A stretch of 64,000 nt of DNA from Sphyrna mokarran (taxonomy: Eukaryota). Positions within the stretch are counted from its first letter, which is position 1. Every line of letters begins with the position of its first letter. Positions 13,670-27,659 of the stretch are shown here, piece after piece. The notes beneath the pieces were generated by a model, which worked only from the letters and a program-made list of their open reading frames with translations, was not told where the DNA came from and did no database searches. The DNA is taken from contig JAGIQG010000009.1 of the NCBI GenBank assembly GCA_024679065.1, positions 99,510,001 to 99,574,000 of the forward strand, in the 5' to 3' direction. The position numbers and the translations under genes were made by a program.

Positions 13670-16600
13670 CCATAAAACCATAAGATATAGGAACAGAATT
13701 AGGCAATTCGGCCCGTCATTTCTGCTCCACCATTCAATTATGACTAATATGATTGTTATCTCCATGCTCCTGACTTCACTCGCATCGCTTTCCCATTATT
13801 GATCTAGAATCCATATATTTATGTCTTGAAGACACCCAAAGACCTCGCTTCCACAGCCCTCTGTAGCAATGAGTTCCACAGATTTACGATCACCTGGCTG
13901 AAGACATTCCTCCTTTTCTCAGTTTTAAAGGACTGCCCCTTCAATCTGGGGTTGCGTCCTCTAGTATGTGTCTCTCTTAGTAGTGGAAACTTCCCCTCTA
14001 CGTCCACTCTATCTAGCCTCTCAGTACTCTGAAAATTTCAATTGCATCCCCGCTCATCCTTCTAAATTCCATCGAGTTTAGACACAGACTCTTCCGCCGC
14101 TCCTCATATGACAAGCCCTTCTTTCCTGGGATCATTGTTGTAAACCTTCTCTGGGCACCCCCACAGGACAGCAGATCCTTGCTTAGTTATGGAGCCCAAA
14201 ACTGCTCACAATATTCCAAATGTTGTCAGACTTGTATAGCCTTAGCATCCCTGCTCTTGTATACTAGTCCTCTAGAAATTAATGCTAACATTGACTTTGC
14301 CTTCCTAGCTGTCAACTGAACTTGCACATTAACTTTAAGAGAGTCTTGAACCAGGACTCATTAGTTCCGTTATTCTTCTATTTTCCGAACACTTTCCCCA
14401 TATAGAAAATATTCTACACCTCTATACTTCCTACCAAAGTGCATGACTTCATATTTTCCCACATTGAGTTCCAAGTGCCACTTCTCTGCTCACTCCCCTA
14501 AGCTGTCCACGTCATTCTGCAGTGTCCTCCCTTTCTCAGTACTATCTGTCAGTTTACATGGTTTCGTCGTCAACTTTAGCAACGATGCCCTCACTTCCAT
14601 CTTCCAGGTCATTCATGTATATAGGAAAAGTTGTGGTCCCAATATGACCCCTTTGGAACATCACTGGTCATTAGTTGACATACAGAAATGAACCCCATTC
14701 TCCATACACTCCGCCTTCTCTCTACCAAGCAAACTGCAACCATTGCCAGCACCTTGCCTCTAACACCATTGGCCCTTAGTTTATTTAGCAGCTTCACATA
14801 AGGTGTCTTGTCAAAGGCCTCCTGGTAATCCAAATAAACCACATCAACTGGCTCGCCTTTGTCTAACATCTTTGTTTCCTCTTCCAAGAATTCGAACACA
14901 ATTGTCAGACATTAACCAATTTGTTGAACCCGTGCTGACTGAGCCCTATTTTACCAGGCTTTTTTCAAGTATTCCGCAATTTCACCCTGAATAATAGACT
15001 CCAAGAATGCATCCACGATCGAGATCAGGCTAACTGGCTTCTAATGTTCCATCTTCTGCCTCCTTTTCTTCTTAAAGAGGGGCATTACATTTGCCCTTTT
15101 TAAATCCTCAGAGAACTTCCCCGTTTTCACTTTTCCTGAAATGTCACAACTAATGGCGTTGACAATATCCTTAGTTTTCTCCTTCAAAAAATTGGAGTAT
15201 TGTATAAGTCCAACTTCGGACCTTTCAGCTTCTGCTTGGTTCTGGTTGCTGCACTAAACTCTACCACCTGACTGCCTTAAAGTTCTAGAATGTTACTGGT
15301 GTCTTCCACCATGAAGGCTGGTACAAAGTATGAAAGCTGTTCCTCTGTCATTTCTTTGGCCCGTATTACAACTTGTCCAGCCAAATTTTCCAGTGATCCA
15401 AAGTCGATTCTTGCCTCTTACCTTCTGTATATCTAATAAAACGCTTAATTATTCTTTTTGTCACTAGATAGCTTTCACTCATAACTCTCCAGCCTTATTG
15501 TGTTATTTTTAGTTTGCCTTCTGTTTGGTTTTAAAAGCCTCCCATCTCTAACTTCCTACTATTCCGTTCCTCATGGTATTTGTTTTCTCTTTGCTTTTAT
15601 TATACCTGACTTCCCTTGTTAGCCATGGTTGCCCATCTTCCGCTTAACATGCTTCCTCTTCCTTGGATTGAATTTAGGTTCTCCTTCTGAAGTATCCCCC
15701 AAAACACCTGACAGATTTATTCCACAGTATTCCCTCCTAGGCCCTTTTTCCAGTTAAATCTGAACAGCTCCTACTTCATGATCTTGTAATTTCTTTTACT
15801 CAGTGGTAGCGCCATTACATTCGATTCCAACGCCTTTCTCAAACTTCAATGTTAACTCTGTCATGCTGTAGTCACACCGACCCCCGCACCCTCAGCCCCG
15901 GTGTCATAGAACTTAGAACATTACAGCGCAGTACAGGCCCTTCGGCCCTTGATGTTGCGCCGGCCAGTGGACCCTCTAACCTAAACTATTCCAATATCAT
16001 CCATATGCCTATCCACCGAACATTTGAATGCCCCCAAAGTAGGCGAGTCCACAACTGCTGCAGGCAGGGCATTCCACGCCCTCACCACCCTCTGTGTAAA
16101 GAACCTGCCCCTGACATCCGTCCTATAACTACCACCTCTTAATTTAAAGTTATGTCCCCTCGTGTTGGTCATCACCATCCGAGGAAAAAGGCTCTCACTA
16201 TCCACCCTATCCAGTCCTTTGATCATCTTATACGCCTCAATTAGGTCACCGCGTAACCTTCTTCTCTCTAATGAAAATAACCTCAGGTCCCTCAGCCTTT
16301 CCTCATAAGGCCTTCCCACCATACCAGGCAACATCCTGGTAAACCTCCTCTGCACCCTTTCCAATGCTTCCACATCTTTCTTATAATGCGGCGACCAGAA
16401 CTGTACGCAATACTCCAAGTGCGGCCACACCAGAGATTTGTACAGTTGTAACATAACCTCACGGCTCCTAAATTCAATCCCTCTACCAATAAAAGCTAAC
16501 ACACCGTACGCCTTTTTAACAACTTTATCAACCTGGGTGCCAACTTTCAAAGAGCTATGTACTTGTACCCCAAGATCCCTCTGCTCGACAACACTATTAA

Positions 16601-19600
16601 GGGTCCTTCCATTAGCCCTATATTTCATATGCCTGTTATCCTACCAAAGTGAATCACCTCACACTTATCCGTATTGAATTCCATTTGCCACCTCATGGCC
16701 CAGCTCTGCAACCTATCTATGTCCCTCTGCAAACTGTAACATCCATCCTCGCTATCTACAACTTCCCCCACTTTGGTATCGTCAGCAAATTTACTAATCC
16801 AACCCTCTACACCCTCATCTAGGTCATTTATAAAAATGACAAACAGCAGTGGCCCAAAACAGATCCTTGAGGTACACCACTTGTAACTGCACTCCAGGTT
16901 GAATATTTCCCATCAACCACCACCCTCTGTCTTCTATCAGCTAGCCAATTCCTAATCCAAACTGCTAAATCACCTTCAATCCCATGCATCTGCACTTTCT
17001 GCAGTAGCCTACCATGGGGAACCTTATCAAACGCTTTGCTAAAATCCATATACACTACATCAACTGCCTTACCCTTATCTACCTCTTTGGTCACCTCCTC
17101 AAAAAACTCAATAAGGTTTGTGAGGCACGACCTACCCTTCACAAAACCGTGCTGACTATCCCTAATCAATTTATTTCTCTCTAGATGCTTATAAATCCTA
17201 TCCCTTATAATTCTTTCCAAGACCTTGCCCACAACAGAAGTCAGGCTCACCGGTCTATAATTTCCAGGATGGTCCCTACTCCCCTTTTTGAACAAAGGGA
17301 CAACATTTGCCATCCTCCAGTCTTCCGGCACTGTACCTGTAGCCAACGACGACATGAAGATCAAAGCCAAAGGCTCTGCAATCTCCTCCCTAGCCTCCCA
17401 GAGAATCCTGGGTAAATCCCATCTGGCCCAGGGGACTTATCAATTTTCATACCCTCAAGGTTTGCTAACACCTCCTCCTTATGAACCTCAATCCTGCCCA
17501 GTCTACAACCTGGTATCGCAGTATTCTCCCTGACAATATTGTCTTTCTCCTGCGTGAATACTGACGAAAAATACTCATTCAGTGTCTCTCCTATCTCCTC
17601 AGGCTCCACGCACAACTTCCCACTGCTATCTCTGACTGGCCCTAATCTTGCCCTAACCAATCTTTTATTATTTATATACCTGTAAAAAGCTTTAGGATTC
17701 TCCTTAATCCTATCCGCCAAAGTCTTCTCGTGTCCTCTTCTAGCTCTTCTCAACTCCTTGTTTAGCTCCTTCCTGGCTAATTTATAGCTCTTCATTGCCC
17801 TAACTGAACCTACACGTCTCATCATTATATAAGCCTCCTTCTTCCTCTTTACCAGAGATTCAACTTCCCTAGTACACCATGGTTCCCTCACTTGACCACT
17901 TCCTCCCTGCCTGGCAGGTACATTCTCATTAAGGACATGCAGAAGCTGTTCCTTAAATATGCTCCACATTTCAGATGTCCCCAGACCCTGCAATTTCTAG
18001 CTCCACCCTATGCATCCTAAATCTCTCCTAATAGCCTCATAATTAACTTCCCCCCAGCTATAACTACTGTTATTCGGTATGTGCCTATCCCTTTCCATCA
18101 CTAAGGTAAACGTAACCGAATTGTGGTCACTATCACCAAAGTGCTCACCCACTTCCAAGTCTAACACCTGGTCTGGTTCATTACCCAGTACCAAATCCAA
18201 TATAGCCTCACCTCTTGTTGGCCTATCTACATACCGAGTCATGAAATCTTCCTGCACACATTGAACAAAAACTGACCCCTCTAACGTACTTGAACTATAG
18301 CTTTTTCAATCGATATTAGAAAAGTTAAAGTCCCCCATTACAACTACCCTGTTACTTTCACACCTATCCAGAATCAACTTTGCAATCCCTTCCTCTACTT
18401 CTCTGGAACTTTTTGGAGGCCTATAAAAAACTCCCAACAGTGTGACCTCCTTTCTTGTTTCTAATCTCAGCCCACACTACCTCAGCAGACAAGTCCACAT
18501 CAAACGTCTTTTCTGCCACCGTAATGCTGTCCTTAACTAACAATGCCACTCCTCCCCCTCTTCTACCACCACCTCTGCTCTGACTGAAACATCTGAACCC
18601 TGGAACCTGCAACAACCATTCCTGCCCCTGCTCTATCCATGTCTCTGAAATGGCTACAACATCGAAGTCCCAAACACCAATCCAGGCTGCAAGTTCATCC
18701 CCCTTATTGCGTATGCTCCTCGCATTAAAGTATACACACTTCAAACCACCCTCCCGTTTGCCACTATACTGCTGCGACCTAGAAACCTTATCCGTGACCT
18801 CCATATTCACATCCTCCTGTATACTGGCACAACAATTCAGGTTCCCATCCCCACCGAATCAGTTTAAACCCCCCCGAATAGCACTGGTAAATTTACCCCC
18901 CAAGATATTGGTACCTCTCCGGTTCAGGTGCATACCATCCCTCTTGTAGAGGTCCCACCTTCCCCAGAATGAGCCCCAATTATCCAAATACCTGAACCCT
19001 TCCCTCCTGCACCATCCCTTTAGCCACGAGTTCAAATGTTCTCTCTCCCTATTCTTTTCTATGCTATCCCGCGGCACAGGTAACAGACCAGAGATAACCA
19101 CTCCGTTTGTTTTAGCCCTAAGTTTCCACCCTAACTCTCTGAATTTCTGCTTTATATCCCCATCCCTTTACCTACCTACGTCATGGGTACCTACATGCAC
19201 CACAACTTGGGGCTGGTTCCCCTCCCCCTTAAGGATCCCGAACACTCGGTCAGAGATATCACTGACCCCAGCGCCCGGGAAGCAACACACCAACCGCGAA
19301 TCCTGCTCCTTCCCATAGACTCTCCTATCTATCCCCTTAACTAGGGAGTCCCCAATCACTAATCCAGATCTTTTCTTCCCCCTTCCCACCTGAGCATCAA
19401 GGACAGGCTCAACTCCCGAGACTTGCACTTCATGGCTTACCCCGGTTTTATCTTCATCCCCAACAACATCCAAAGCAGAGTACTTATTACGTAGAGGAAC
19501 GGCCTCAGGGGAACTCTGCACTGATCATAAGTTGACTGATCATGTCTGCTTCATTATGCATCACCAGACCCAGAAGTGTTCGTCCCCAGTGGGCTCCAGC

Positions 19601-20140
19601 GCAAGTTACTCCAAAAAAAACCACATCTGGTAGACATTTCGCAAATCCACTTTCTTGGGGCCAACTTGATTTTTCTCGTCCACCTCGATATTTACATCCC
19701 TCATACTAACTGTTGTATTGCCTTTCTTATACGCCTTTTATACTTTCTGATTTATATTTCTGTCCGACATCCTGACTACTTGTACAGAAGGGTTTATTTT
19801 TCTCTTCACGTTTCCACACCTATAACGAGACAGATTATCGTGCAGCCCCAAATTACTTCTTGCTAAGGATTTAATTTCGTTTCTCTCCGACAAGGCATCC
19901 TCACCTCTTGTACCCATTTGCTTTCCTTTCCAAAGGGCATTATCCGTGAAAATTCAAATTCCAATTCTGATCCTATTGTAGTCATATCTCTGTGATGCCC
20001 ATATCATCATAATCTCTAATTACAGTGAGTGCTTCCAGATCGTTTACCTTGCTCTGTGTATTGCTTGCATTTTGGTACAGCATCCTCAGTGATGTTTTGA
20101 CTGCCCCCTTGTCACGGTTTTCCCTATATCTGCTGTGCCT
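13670..20140 (-). mobile_element. Older CR1 element (13670-15875 and 19530-20140) split by a younger CR1 insertion
   Basis: 3' tail at about 13670; RT motif EPVDVVYLDYQEAFDK (14609-14899); endonuclease sequence resumes across the young insertion. Confidence 0.8.
15904..19529 (-). mobile_element. Young, 5'-truncated near-full-length CR1 LINE (ORF1 SGNH esterase; ORF2 APE endonuclease plus RT)
   Basis: ORF1: LVIGDSLV, PGAGVSDI, VVVHVGTHD. ORF2: YFNARSI, AISETW, GDSDHN, KSPGPDG, NYRPVSLTS, DFSKAFDKV, SGVPQGSVLG, FADD, PHLEYCVQFWSP. Tail TTCTAAG/TTCTATG; possible TCATA target-site duplication at 15904-15908 and 19525-19529; a few frameshifts. Confidence 0.97.
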
Positions 20141-20246
20141 GAAGTATCATTCTTCTGTTGAGGTGAAGCTGCTTCACTTATCTACATTCTGAAACGTATG
20201 TTCTGAACACTTATGTAAACAAATGTGAATTTGAATCAGTTCTTAC

Positions 20247-20273
20247 TGCACGCTTGAAGAAGTTGTTTGCATT
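20247..20273 (-). CDS. 27-nt phase 1-1 micro-exon (E)CKQLLQAC
   Basis: attctccctcaacag|AATGCAAACAACTTCTTCAAGCGTGCA|gtaaga; open, with the same size and phase class as the other exons. Confidence 0.65.
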
Positions 20274-22491
20274 CTGTTGAGGGAGAATATTTAAAGACAT
20301 ACAATAAGTAAATACTAATGAAAATTATTTCGTGATATGTCAGCTGAATCAGAATATCGGATGTAGTCAAGGATCTTGACAAATTCTAAGAAATGCTGCC
20401 CCACGTCACTGCTTTGCGAGTGACACGTGTCCGCGCTTTCGGAATTTGCATCATTTTGTTGGGATGTCTCTAATCTACGGTGATGGGTAAAAAAAAAAAC
20501 TGGCAGATGCAGAGAACTTTGGATTGGATGCAGGGCTTCAGGAAGGTTTCGTGAGGCGATGAGGTTCAGACTTTCCTGTTTTGTCTCCCCTTGCAACAGT
20601 GTTCCAAATGGAAATGGCAAATGTCGGCAATGCTCGGGAGCATTATCCCTTCCCGTACAGCAGGGCAATCGTAGCGGGCGTCGATGCACCATGCAGAAGT
20701 CGGTTGACTTGGGCGGCAGTTTCCGATTTTGGGGCAAGCTCGGATGGGAAATCCCACCAATTGCAGTAACATCAGTCAGGACAAAATCAGTAGGCACCAA
20801 AACTGCGATGCACTTATTCCCAGGGAGTTTGATTAAAACTTCATTCAATTCACTATGTTGCTCATTTCAGCCAGTATTTCAGTCAGTAGATCCAAATCAA
20901 AAACCTATTGAAGGAAGAATTTATTTATTGGACCAATGGGAAGGTAAGGTTAGCTTCAAAAATGAACACAGCAGAGCCTAGTTAGTTAGTGTCATTTCAG
21001 GCTTTGTTTAATATATTATCATGGGATTGAACAGACACACTAAACTAACTTTCCAATTTGCATAAAATAAAGCGTGGAATACCGTAGAAGGAAAAAGAAT
21101 ATAAAATTGTCAATTTTAGCAAAAATGTTATGCCCTGTTACATGGTCGATGAAGCTATAGGACATCGAGCGATATGAAGCTACTTGCATAAATCTGCATG
21201 GATTTCATCACGTAAACCAAGGTATTTGTTTAAAAAGAAAACGTCTCACAACTTGTTTATGAAAAAATATTGTTCTTGATAAATTGGGAAAATCAATCTT
21301 AAACTATATGTGAACAAATTAATGCAGAAGGCTATTTTGCGCGGTTAATTTTATAATCTTACTTTGCCGAAAATCTTTGTAAATGCGATAAGAAATGATA
21401 CATTGATTATTCGCTTGCATGTGACTTTTCCCCATTATTTTTAGGCAAGGAGCGCTACTGCAGCTTGTATCGTTTCCTATCAGGCGATTGACTATGATAG
21501 CATGCCACAATACATCATTGCCTGCAGCTGGCATCACCCTCCCTGTGAAATTAAACACGGGTGGCATTTTTTCAAAATTATAGGGGCAGATATTCGTCTT
21601 CAGAATCATGGTGTGATTAGTTTGATTTGGCTCTGATGTTTGCTTTTTAGGAAAATATAAATTGGAACTGGAGAAAATGACAAGGTATAGAAAAGATGTC
21701 TCATGCAATATTGCGCGATTTTGCACTTCCAGCTGGTCGCTGCAGTTGAATGCATCCGATGCATTATTTAACAATTAGCAAAAACTTGTTCCAGTATTCA
21801 ATCTGTAATGCAAAGCATCGTCAGTGAAATAGTCGATCAATAAACTGTCGCAGGTCTTTTCCTCATTTGCCATAAATTTTGACAGAATCGCTGGAACTTT
21901 ATTGAAAGCGTAACTTATGCCTGCCTGATAAAACATTTGGAGACTGATCGATACGAGTAGCAGAGGAATTCAAGTGTCCAAATGCATCTATATTGAACAA
22001 AATTACTGAGCAGTAATCAATTCGGTTGATAAATAATTTAGTTATCTGAAAAAGAACATTGGGTGCCATGATCAGCAACCTGGTAAAGGAAGACGAAAGA
22101 AACCTAAATGTGAAGATTCTATTGTAAAAAAAAGTCCCATCTCTTTTAATATTCTAAAACCCTTTAACTTTTCATCTATTACTGTGCATGTCAGCTTCTC
22201 ATTGCTTGAATGGATGCAGAGAAAAGTCAAGGGAACAATTTTCTACTTAACTTTGTAATGGCATCATCAAAACCCAACCAAAACAGAAATAATTGTTCCC
22301 CATGCCCTGCCCTAGAGTGGCTGAACGAAAGGGAATTCCTGTGCCGATTAGGCAATTTATTATACAGTCCATCCGACCAAAGCGTTATTTCTTCCTTTTC
22401 CACATTACAAGCTTCTCTCGGCTCTCCTCTTTCACTCAATAGCAACAGGACATTTTTGACATGTAAACAACAGAAAGCCAAAAAGGTTTAC

Positions 22492-22515
22492 CGACATATT
22501 CTTCGTCTATGCTCC
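22492..22515 (-). CDS. 24-nt micro-exon (G)SIDEEYV
   Basis: ctgtctgcttcattacag|GGAGCATAGACGAAGAATATGTCG|gtaaac; open in phase 1 (also in phase 2). Confidence 0.6.
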
Positions 22516-23774
22516 CTGTAATGAAGCAGACAGTATCGTAAGATATATTGAGCTTTCTATACAATATTCAGTGCCATAAGTTCCAGATATGTTAACTCTG
22601 GTGCTCTGACTCTCAGACATTGTGTGTAACTTCAGCATTTTGTCGTTAACTTTCAGCAAAAGAATGTCAATATATCCCATTTCATGTTGCAACGATATTC
22701 TTCTCACAACGATTCTAAGTATTTATGCGACCAAAATAATCAAAGTTGCATAATTGCCATTCAATGCTATTCCAATTTTCAATAATAGACCTGCGAGACC
22801 AATAGTGAGGTCAGTTGGCATCAATTTCCAAGTAGACTAAGCTACTATCGAAACTCAGTGGCAACACTGGTGCTGATGAAATCCGAACGAGTGGAAGTGC
22901 AGTTTGGTTTCTTTGACATCAGGACCGCCTTTTACATCAGACCCATATACTTAGGCATTCAAATTTGACGCAAATGAAACGGTACTGGCCGTGCACGATT
23001 CCTAGTGTTCGTCCTCCGGATATCCCGTTCAAATAACAATATTGGTGTAGCGTACACTGCAAGCAGTTTTTGAATTGCAGCTCGAGATTTATTGTTATTC
23101 CAAGATGTAAGCTTGCTGGCATGAGCAGTGCTCTATTTTTTTTGACAGCTCATAAATTGGGAATGAAAATCCCGAGGTCCGCCCTTCTGCTGGCGCAAAA
23201 TAACATGAACGTTTAAATGTACATTTTGCATAATATGAACATCATGCCATAGGTCCTGCAAAGAAAAGTGAAACTGAACATTTTATAGGAAGCACTGTGA
23301 ATTTTAAAATCAATGTTAAAAAAAGGTGAAAAATGGAGGATTTTGAGATCAAGAAGTCGCATTATCACAAGTTGTGTCCTTCAGGCGATGTTTAATTGGC
23401 TTGCATCTTATTCAGAATGATTGTGTCTCTCCATTTTCAACATAAAGGGTGTTAACAAAATCCAACAGATATTTTATGTAAGCACCGTATCGTATTAATG
23501 AGATGAGTTCCTTTCTTCATCAAGATCGATCATATTGTGATCTAACGGATAACGGTCGAGCCACATTGAAAAATCATTTCCCAGGAAACATTTCTGACCT
23601 CTCTAAAAATTGATGACCACAAAAACCTCCAATTATAGTTTCTCTAATTCATAAGGGATAACGTAATCTTCAAGTCTAGTCGGTCACACTCAAAATTGAT
23701 TGCCGTTAGCAGGCCTGACAGAATAAATTTTCGTCCTCCAAAATCCAACCATTTTGTGACAGAAAAATAAGGAT

Positions 23775-23850
23775 CACGTGCATGCACAATCTATATTTTT
23801 TCGATTAATAGATTTGGGAAGTTCCGAGGAAGTGAAAAATTAATTTGCAT
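23775..23850 (+). promoter_or_regulatory. Clustered E-box, NF-kB, PU.1-IRF composite (EICE) and octamer motifs
   Basis: CACGTG 23775-23780; GGGAAGTTCC 23816-23825; GAGGAAGTGAAA 23826-23837; ATTTGCAT 23843-23850. Confidence 0.55.
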
Positions 23851-24349
23851 CACAAAAGCCTATGTGGCCGCGTACTGATCTGCTGCTTTGAACATTCTGT
23901 CGAACTTCGCGTTTATGGCCGTTGAGGGAATGTCGTTCGGAAAATGATTCAGCCCAATAACACATTGAAAAACGATCTCTTAAAATAACATGTAAGAATG
24001 TAATTTTTGTTCAATCTGCTGGATGTCCTCTGCTGGATGTCCTCCTGATGATGGAAAGTACATATGGGAATAAATAATAATTTTGTTATGAGCACTGCAG
24101 TAATATGACCTTCATATGTGCTAGAATGTTCTCAGTAAAATTATATTTCTCGTTTACTGATGTGCCTCTATTAAAGTGCTTTACCTTTCCCGACGATCGG
24201 ATCATGGCAAATATTCATTGCAAGCAGCCTTGCCTGCTCGATGCACTGAGATATTATCTCAGTACTAAAGCATATGCAAATACAGAAATATTCGAATTAT
24301 GTTCAGGAATCGACAAACTCTGCGCTACTATCCACGTCTCATTGGCTTA

Positions 24350-26410
24350 AAATGACATCAGTTTATGGCAATTAATTCCATTGTTAACCAAAATGAGCAT
24401 TTTTCGCCAAAACGTACGACCTACCTGCACCACCATCCCTGAAGGGAAGAGTCTACAGAAAAAAAAATCCCTAAAATAAATCGCCATCTCCTTTACGGAA
24501 GGGAGATTGGCTTGTGCAATTTCTGCATCCTCTAGTAATGATAACATTTGGAAGCAGAAACATAATACCAGCTGCCAAACTGAGAAGTCCATTCAGCATC
24601 ATACATGTTTAATTGGTAATTTATATAATTTTAAACTGCAGTGAACTTGAACCCAATTTGCCCAGGATGTCTTCATTTCAGAATTAGTTGGGTGAAACTT
24701 GACTGAAGTGCTTCAGTACATTTATGCCCTTCCATACAAAAGGGGACCAAAGTTTACACTGCATTACCATTTATACACCATTTCACTTGCGTAAACAACA
24801 TCATTCGATTTGCCTCGTTAGTTATTTGCTGGCTCAGTACTAAGTTCATGTGATTCATGTGTCAGGACACCACGATATATGTTTACTTTAGATTTGTGTA
24901 ATCTCTTCATATTTAGATAACAGATTTTAATTCTGCTGCGACCATAGGCGTATTTACATTTGTCATTTTGAACTGCCTTTTCCAATTTTCCGCCCTTAGT
25001 TTCAACTATCTATCGTCCTTTGCATATCTCTTTCCAATTCACAATTTACTTTCTCCCTCATCTTTGTGTCATCAGAAACAAAAACGACCATAAATTGGTT
25101 TCACTGATATAGATTAATGTTTTAAAACCAATCAAATTGGGAATTGAATTAATGCATTTCCACAAAATGAAAATTGTTAGGTGATGTCGAATCGTCGTGC
25201 AGTTGCTAGCCAACAATGTCAATGTTACCACCTACGATGTGTAATTTTATTCCGTCCAATCACATTTGATGTGCCACCTTGTTAAATGCCTTGTGCAAAC
25301 CGAAGAATGCCATGTTCAAAATTCTCATTTGTCCACATTTTTGTCATTTCCTCAAATAATTTTAATGTATTAGTTAAACACGATATATCTAATGCCATGC
25401 CACATGCTTTTTGCCTGCATTGAGATTTTCTAGGTACACAATTTCCACATGTCAGATTTTAAAACGAATAGCTTGAAGATTCTTGTTTTCCGTCCTCGTT
25501 CTTTCATTAATCCGTTATTTTCTAATATGATGGGACGTTTTCAGGATCCGGGATAACATGGAATATCAAACTCAAAGCATTTGCTATCTTCACAGCCACA
25601 TATTTGATGATACCAGGCCAACTCCACCTGGTTTGATAGATTTACTTTAATTATATCAGTATCCTTTCCTTTCCAACTGCAACTGTGTCCTCGGTCGCAT
25701 TCACATCCCAATTCACAATGATTTCTGGTACTTTTATGTTAATCTACTCAAATGAGACGAATGCAAAACAAATTTTCATTTCCTTCTCAACTTTCTTGCT
25801 TTACAGTATGGATTTCCAAAATTCACACACTGGAGGTCGAATAATCATGTGAGCGGCACAGTAACACAGTGACTGCACTGCTCTGCCACCACAGTGCCAG
25901 CATTGCTGCCTCACAGCGTTAGGGATCGCGGGTTCATTTCTGGCCATGAGTCACTGTCAGTGTGCAGTTTGGCTACACCAAAACTGTAACCAGAACTATC
26001 TACGGGGTTTTCTTCTGGCTGCTCTGGCGTCCTAACAAATTTCCTACTAAAAGCCAGAAATGTGCATGATAAATTTATTGGTTATGCTAAATTACACATA
26101 ATGTCAGTGTAAATCAGCAGATATGACAGGGTGAGATTCTTCCTTGTACTATTTCGATGGGCCGAATTGCCTTCTACTACACTGTAGCATTTCTATGTTT
26201 ATACAATTTATTCTGTTCCCCTTTTTATTCCCGTAGAAACCATTACCACATGCTTCTGTATTCCGACCCAAATTTATCTTGTGCTCTATATTTTTTTTCC
26301 TCATTGGCATTTCTTTTTGCTTTCAAGTTCAGTTTTAACTTTCCCCCTGCCCCTGCTGTATGCCACACTGCATCTTTCATTCGGTTTATTATCTTTCACT
26401 GATTTAGCTA
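24350..26410. repeat. Old duplicated block, copy 1 (decayed CR1 plus SINE); paralogue at 34780-36770
   Basis: Collinear matches, for example ctcctttacggaag...cttgtgcaa...tctagtaatg (24488 vs 34909), ttgagattttctaggtacacaat (25420 vs 35809) and ttttattcccgtagaaacca (26223 vs 36593). Confidence 0.9.
25853..26195 (+). mobile_element. tRNA-derived SINE (HE1-like)
   Basis: gcggcacagt...gctgcctcacagcgttaggga...ggttca head and gatgggccgaat CR1-like tail. Confidence 0.75.
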
Positions 26411-27659
26411 GCAACTGCCAGTGTGTCATTTCTGATTATTTCGTTATCACTGGGATGTACATTTTCTGAGCGTTGTGAAGCATTTTCCAAACTGTTTGCT
26501 ACAGCATTTCTACCAAATCGTTAATCTAATATCGCAGTTCGCTGTCACTGGCACCACCTTCTCGCCTCGGTAAATTTCCGATTTAAGTTTGGAACATTTG
26601 TTTTGACCCAGTTTTACCTCTCTGAGGCGAATGTAAAAGCCAACAATGTTGCCATCGCTGCTATCATGTAGTGCCTTTCTTATATGATCAAGACTGAAAC
26701 ATGTCTCCTTCTAGATTATCACACGTAATTTAAATGCCCCTTGGTTGTCTGTAGAACCTGCAGTTGCACGAAACAGTCATCACAGTACTTTCATAATTGA
26801 ACTTCCTTCACCAATGTAAGTTGTTCCACTGTATATTAAAATAAACTATATCCTTTGGTGTTTCAAAATAACCACCCCCACACCCCCGCACAATTCATCG
26901 CTTCTTCATGTCTCTTCCTACTGTTATAAGGCAAATCCCGAACAAAATGATGGACACAAAAAAAAGAAACATTCTCCAGTTTATGAAGATAAAGGTAAAT
27001 TTTAACTATGTCACTTATAATCTTCTTTGACCTCAGCAAGGCGGACCGAACAAATTTCAGTCTTCCAAATTGTAACTGATTTTGCTGTAGCGACGACAAG
27101 AATCACGTGCGTGTATGGTGTATATTTATTTGAATAACGAACTTCTGTAATCTCCGAATTTGGGGAAGGAAAAAATGTATGTCATCAGAAAATTTACGTG
27201 GCCGTTGTGCGAATCTAAATTCTGCCGAACTTTGTAAAGATGTCTGCTCAGGGAATGTAATTCGGAAAATGATTCAGATACGTCATATAGTGAAAAATGA
27301 TCTCTTAAAATAACAATGAAGAGTACAAAATTTGTTGTACCTGGTGTTATTCCTTTTGACGGCGGAATGTACATGTAAGAATAAATAATAGTTGTATTAT
27401 GAACAATGAGGTTAATATTCATTGTTCCTAGTTTTATTTCTGAACATTGCATTGCTGCTGTACTGATGCACCTCCGTTGAGATGGTTTGAAGACGGGCGT
27501 TTTCCGGCCATCCAGCCATGTGCTGGATTCATTGAAAGGAGCCCGATCTAATCGATTTACTGAGATCTTATCACAATACTAAAGAGCTTCGAGATAGAAC
27601 AAACAATCGAATTAGGTTCAGAAGTCGAGCAAGTATACGGCACGTGGCTAATCCGATTA

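Noticed and set aside
20315-20848. 177-aa ORF with a B30.2-like start (TDVT...HPSL)
   Set aside because: No further PRY/SPRY motifs; the GC-rich core looks like a short dispersed repeat (similar gggaaaatccc ends near 23170 and 61400).
21319-21774. 151-aa minus-strand ORF
   Set aside because: No recognisable domain or consistent splice boundaries.
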